DNA of 43,070 nt, taken from IMG/VR virus record IMGVR_UViG_3300045988_050530, positions 1-43,070 of that record; one strand, 5' to 3'. The notes beneath the pieces were generated by a model that saw only the letters and a list, made by a program, of their open reading frames with translations, made no database searches and had not been told where the DNA came from. Positions within the stretch are counted from its first letter, which is position 1. The number at the start of each line of letters is the position of its first letter. Below, one piece after another: positions 39,679 through 43,070 of the stretch. A program made the position numbers and the translations under genes. The stretch is from a virus.

Positions 39679-40027
39679 GACCATCGGTCAGCAAGCTGAG
39701 CGATACGCGAAAGACAAGTGCCCGAAGGGAACGGTTGAAAGCACAGGAAAGAAAGGGTATATCGGCGGAACGCTGCAAAACAGCATCACGCACAGGGTTG
39801 ATGACGACGTGGTGAGCGTTGGAAGCAACGTCGAATATGCGCCGTATGTTGAGCTAGGCACGGGCCCACACTTTGAAGCACCGCCTGAATGGGAGCAATT
39901 CACGACGACACGAGGAAGCGGCGTTGGTAAATCGTTTATGCGACCGCATCACTATCTGAGACCCGCGATTGAAGATCACCGCGAAGAATACAAGGAAATC
40001 ATGCGAGACGAGCTGTCAGGAGGTTAA
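39605..40027 (+). CDS. HK97 gp10-like tail/neck component
   Basis: GGAAGGAG RBS. GTLQNSITHRVDDDVVSVGSNVEYAPYVELGTG resembles the HK97 gp10 family. Unusual position, between the minor head and scaffold genes. Confidence 0.55.
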   Translation: MAGNLIDNSAAFLAELERAKARALETIGQQAERYAKDKCPKGTVESTGKKGYIGGTLQNSITHRVDDDVVSVGSNVEYAPYVELGTGPHFEAPPEWEQFTTTRGSGVGKSFMRPHHYLRPAIEDHREEYKEIMRDELSGG

Positions 40028-40028
40028 A

Positions 40029-40199
40029 ATGGGACTTATCAAGTGGTTCAGGCGCGAGAAAATCCGCAGGGGAGCGCGAAAAGAGATCAAACATGCGCGA
40101 GAATCCGCGACTGGCACAAGGCAAGGTCAACGCGCACTGGCGCGGAAGATCGAGAAAATCAGGGCAAAGGCAAACAAGGAAATTGACAAGCACCGCTGA
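40029..40199 (+). CDS. Small highly basic protein
   Basis: CAGGAGG RBS. 56 aa, Arg/Lys-rich. The stop lies inside the terminator hairpin. Confidence 0.45.
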   Translation: MGLIKWFRREKIRRGARKEIKHARESATGTRQGQRALARKIEKIRAKANKEIDKHR

Positions 40200-40218
40200 G
40201 AACAGCGGTTTTTATTTT
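40192..40218 (+). terminator. Rho-independent terminator
   Basis: ACCGCTG-AGAA-CAGCGGT hairpin followed by TTTTTATTTT. Confidence 0.8.
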
Positions 40219-40247
40219 GGCATTTTCAAAAAAGAAAGGAACGAAAC

Positions 40248-40571
40248 ATGATGAAAGTTATGCTGTCCCAGCCTATGGCGGGCAAAACCGAAGAAGAAAT
40301 CATCGCTACCCGTGAACGCGCTATTGCCGTACTCAAAGAGCGCGGCTATGAAATCATTAACACCCTGTTCACCGACGAATGGTATTCGAAGGAATCCATG
40401 AAGGAACGCGGCGTTGAAAACATTCCCTTGTGTTTCCTCGCAAAATCCCTTGAAAATATGTCGCTTTGCCATGCTGCTTATTTTTGTAAGGGCTGGGAGA
40501 ATGCACGCGGATGCAAGATTGAGCATGAGGCCGCGAAAGCCTACGGGTTAACCATCATTTACGAAGAATAA
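40248..40571 (+). CDS. DUF4406-like (nucleoside 2-deoxyribosyltransferase-like fold) protein
   Basis: MKVMLSQPMAGKTEEEI... and ...MSLCHAAYFCKGWENARGCKIEHEAAKAYGLTIIY match the DUF4406 pattern (P-M-x-G, W..S.G...E). AT-richer than its neighbours, and flanked by hairpins. Confidence 0.6.
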   Translation: MMKVMLSQPMAGKTEEEIIATRERAIAVLKERGYEIINTLFTDEWYSKESMKERGVENIPLCFLAKSLENMSLCHAAYFCKGWENARGCKIEHEAAKAYGLTIIYEE

Positions 40572-40664
40572 ACGCGGTTAACAAAGCAAAAACGGCAAAG
40601 TACCGCCGTTTGCATATATAAAGCGAAGGGCGAAGAACAGCCCCCGAAGTAAAGGAGCGTAAAC

Positions 40665-41270
40665 ATGGCATTCACGAGAAAATTCCTCAAGGCGCTTGGT
40701 TTGACCGAAGAACAGGTTGACAGCGTGGTTGAGGCGCACACGGAAACCGTTGACGGGCTGAAAAGCCAGATGGCGGGCTACAAAGCCGACGCTGAGAAGC
40801 TGGAAGGCGTCCAGAAGGAGTTGGACGACCTGAAAGCAAAGGGCGGCGGAGAGGACTACAAAAGCAAGTATGACAGCGAGCATGCGGCTTTTGAGAAGTA
40901 CAAGAACGACCAGAACGCCAAAGAATCGGCGGCACTGGCCGAGCGACTGTACCGGGAGCAGCTTAACGCGCTGGGCATCACCGGAAAGCGAGCTGACAGC
41001 ATTGTACGCCTGACTGATCTTTCCGCCATGAAGGTCAAAGACGGCAAGCTGGAAGACGCTGACGGCGTGAAGAAGGGCATCCAGACCGACTATGCGGATT
41101 TCATTCCGAAGAAACGAACGGACGGCGCTGACCCTGCTACCCCGCCTCACATCGGCGGCAAGATGAGCCGCGAAGAAATCTATAAGAAAGACGATAAAGG
41201 ACGCTACCTGCTTTCCACGGCAGAACGCCAAAAGGCACTTGCCGAAAGCATGGCGGCTGAATCCGAATGA
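40665..41270 (+). CDS. Scaffolding protein (GP20-like)
   Basis: MAFTRKFLKALGLTEEQVDSVVEAH... N-terminus and a coiled-coil body. Directly upstream of the capsid gene. Confidence 0.75.
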   Translation: MAFTRKFLKALGLTEEQVDSVVEAHTETVDGLKSQMAGYKADAEKLEGVQKELDDLKAKGGGEDYKSKYDSEHAAFEKYKNDQNAKESAALAERLYREQLNALGITGKRADSIVRLTDLSAMKVKDGKLEDADGVKKGIQTDYADFIPKKRTDGADPATPPHIGGKMSREEIYKKDDKGRYLLSTAERQKALAESMAAESE

Positions 41271-41287
41271 CCGAAAGGAGCTAGAAT

Positions 41288-42220
41288 ATGGCTGCTAAAA
41301 CTGGACTGACGACCGCCGCGCAGTTTACCACCGAAGCGCGAGAGGTTGATTTTGTTACCCGTTTCTCCGACAACTGGGATGCACTGCGTAAGATCATGGG
41401 CATCATGCGCCCGATTCGTAAGACCCCCGGCACGAAGCTGGTTTCCTACAAGGCGACGGTTGACGGCACTCTTGCGGGCGGTACGAGCGTGGGTGAGGGC
41501 GAAGAAATCCCGTTCACCCAGCTCAAGGTTGCGCCCACGACCTACGGCGATATCGAGGTTGCCAAGTACGCCAAGAGCGTCAGCATTGAGAGCGTCGCCA
41601 AGTACGGCGCGGAAGTCGCCGTCGAAAAGACCGACGAGGCGTTCATTAACGTCCTGCAAACGAAGGTTCTGACCGACTTTTACACTTTCCTCGGCACCGG
41701 CTCGCTGAAAGTGACCGGCGAAACGAGCTGGCAGCGTGCGCTTGCCATGGGCAAGGCGAAGGTGCTTGAGAAGTTCGCCGGCATGGACAAGGACGTGACC
41801 GAGGTTGTGGGCTTTGCCAACATCCTTGACGCTTATGATTACCTCGGCGACAAGGATATCACCGTGCAGACCGCTTTCGGCGTGAACTACATCGAAAACT
41901 TCCTCGGCTACCGCACTCTTTTCCTTTTGCCGACCAAGTATATCGCTCAGAACAAAGTCATCGCCACTCCGGTGGAAAACATCGACCTGTACTACATCGA
42001 CCCCGGCGACAGCGACTTTGGCAAGCTGGGGCTGAACTATACCGTCAAGGGCGAAACCAACCTGATCGGCGTTCACGCCGAGGGCGATTACAGCCGCGCT
42101 ACTGGCGATATGTACGCGCTGATGGGTATGAAGCTCTGGGCGGAGTATCTGGACGGCATCGCGGTTGCGACGTTCACGAAGCCCGCTGCGGCGGCGGCCA
42201 AGGCAGCGGCCAAGGAGTAA
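41288..42220 (+). CDS. Major capsid protein
   Basis: 310 aa following the scaffold gene. AAAGGAG RBS. Standard position and size. HK97 fold is expected but not verified. Confidence 0.85.
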   Translation: MAAKTGLTTAAQFTTEAREVDFVTRFSDNWDALRKIMGIMRPIRKTPGTKLVSYKATVDGTLAGGTSVGEGEEIPFTQLKVAPTTYGDIEVAKYAKSVSIESVAKYGAEVAVEKTDEAFINVLQTKVLTDFYTFLGTGSLKVTGETSWQRALAMGKAKVLEKFAGMDKDVTEVVGFANILDAYDYLGDKDITVQTAFGVNYIENFLGYRTLFLLPTKYIAQNKVIATPVENIDLYYIDPGDSDFGKLGLNYTVKGETNLIGVHAEGDYSRATGDMYALMGMKLWAEYLDGIAVATFTKPAAAAAKAAAKE

Positions 42221-42223
42221 GCT

Positions 42224-42643
42224 ATGGAGATGCTTGAAGCGGTGCTGACGCACTTGCGAAACTGGTTTCCCGTCAGGTGTGACACTGGGACGTTCACCAT
42301 CGCTTCCGGCATCCCTGACGTTGACTTTCTGAGACCGGGACAGTATTACCGCATTAAGGGCAGCGTGTTTTCCGATGGGCTGCACGTCTATCAGAGTGGC
42401 GAGACACTGACGGATGAAACCTTCGAGGGCGAAATCTGGGCGCTGGCAATTCCGAAAAGCGTCAGAGAGCTTGCGATTGAAATCACAGCGTACACGGAAA
42501 AGAACCCGGTGACCGACAAGGTTTCTGAGAGTTTCGGCGGTTACAGTTACTCCCGCGCATCCGGCACGACTGGTGCGCCGACGGGCTGGCAGGGGGCTTT
42601 TGCCTCCCGCCTTACCCCTTATCGGAGGATAAGCGATGATTAA
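42224..42643 (+). CDS. Head-tail connector protein (gp15/gp6-like)
   Basis: First gene after the capsid gene, 139 aa. Assignment by position. Confidence 0.55.
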   Translation: MEMLEAVLTHLRNWFPVRCDTGTFTIASGIPDVDFLRPGQYYRIKGSVFSDGLHVYQSGETLTDETFEGEIWALAIPKSVRELAIEITAYTEKNPVTDKVSESFGGYSYSRASGTTGAPTGWQGAFASRLTPYRRISDD

Positions 42644-42995
42644 CGCAGAGCTGATTGATGGATATTTGCAGTCGTGCGTGATGCTGGAAAAAAAGCGCGT
42701 CCCTGACGGACTGGGCGGCTTTGAAACGAGCTGGACGGACGGTGACGAGTTCGACGCGGCGATTGTCAAAGATCAGAGTTTGCAAGCGCGTGTCGCCGAG
42801 AAGCAGGGCGTTTCCAGCGTCTACACCATCACGACGGCGCGAGGTGTTGCGCTTGAGTATCACGAGGTTTTCCGCCGCGTTTCTGACGGGGCAATCTTCC
42901 GCGTGACGAGTGACTACACCGACAGCAGACCGCCTGACGTGGCGACGTTCGACTTTGAGCAAGTGACGGCTGAGAGGTGGGAGCTTCCGACATGA
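42636..42995 (+). CDS. Head closure / head-tail adaptor protein (gp16-like)
   Basis: 119 aa. The pattern KKRVPDGLGGFETSWTDGDEFDAAI...VFRRVSDGAIFRVTS resembles head-tail joining proteins. Overlapping starts and stops with both neighbours. Confidence 0.65.
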   Translation: MINAELIDGYLQSCVMLEKKRVPDGLGGFETSWTDGDEFDAAIVKDQSLQARVAEKQGVSSVYTITTARGVALEYHEVFRRVSDGAIFRVTSDYTDSRPPDVATFDFEQVTAERWELPT

Positions 42996-43070
42996 CCGAG
43001 ACGGCAAAGGCGCTAATGACCGAGACGGCAAAGGCGCTAATGACCGAGACGGCAAAGGCGCTAATGACCG
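42992..43070 (+). CDS. 5' part of the tail completion-like gene (continues at nt 1-397 across the junction); N-terminal (MTETAKAL)n
   Basis: ATGA overlap with the upstream stop. 24-bp units at 42992, 43016 and 43040, with a partial unit at 43064. In frame with 8..397. Confidence 0.6.
   Translation, partial: MTETAKALMTETAKALMTETAKALMT

Larger units (their letters stand above)
1..43070. mobile_element. Complete temperate siphovirus-type phage genome, circularly closed contig in attP (non-integrated) configuration
   Basis: Full set of tail, lysis, lysogeny, replication, packaging and head modules. First 38 nt repeat the last 38 nt. A gene crosses the junction. Only a partial tRNA (attP core) lies beside the integrase, with no flanking bacterial genes. 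Confidence 0.85.

Noticed and set aside
41204-42769. 521-aa minus-strand ORF, the longest in that region
   Set aside because: It is antisense to the scaffold-capsid-connector operon. The translation is low-complexity Arg/Gly/Ala-rich. There is no start context.

Overview
Complete ~43-kb genome of a temperate dsDNA phage with a long non-contractile tail (siphovirus-type), in its excised attP form. The host is probably Gram-positive and Clostridia-like. This is inferred from the SPP1-like morphogenesis gene order, a phi-LC3-type holin, an NlpC/P60+SH3b lysin, a Gp157/Sak-type recombination module and AGGAGG-type RBSs. The contig closes on itself: nt 1-38 equal nt 43033-43070, and one gene (42992 -> 397) crosses the junction inside a 24-bp tandem repeat. 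Layout: (1) tail module 403-9989, with major tail protein, G/G-T chaperones with a T7 slippery site, tape measure, Dit, Tal and two fibre proteins; (2) lysis 10250-11514; (3) moron cassettes carrying a duplicated terminator-promoter-leader unit, 11747-14745; (4) a 7-gene operon of low-complexity, Cys-rich and C1q-like proteins, 14807-17973; (5) attP (tRNA 3' fragment plus arm repeats) and a tyrosine integrase (18212-19327, minus strand); (6) lysogeny-side membrane/secreted proteins (19801-21410, minus strand); (7) a cI/cro-type switch, 21663-22372; (8) recombination/replication genes, 22962-29258; (9) nucleotide-metabolism and anti-restriction-type accessory genes, including an AT-rich SPFH island, 29274-33308; (10) packaging and head genes, 34443-42995, interrupted by a Dam-type methylase with a 9-bp in-frame VNTR and by a DUF4406-like moron. 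No rRNA, intact tRNA, CRISPR array or reverse transcriptase was seen. Most worth follow-up: the ~500-bp ORF-free region ending in a tRNA-like T-arm/acceptor (25922-26418); the in-frame TGA inside a collagen-like fibre gene (8655-8657); two phased repeat arrays that look like origins (22650-22935 and 26651-26859); the duplicated moron expression cassette; and the uncharacterised operon next to attP. All family assignments come from motif recognition by eye; no database search or folding program was run.
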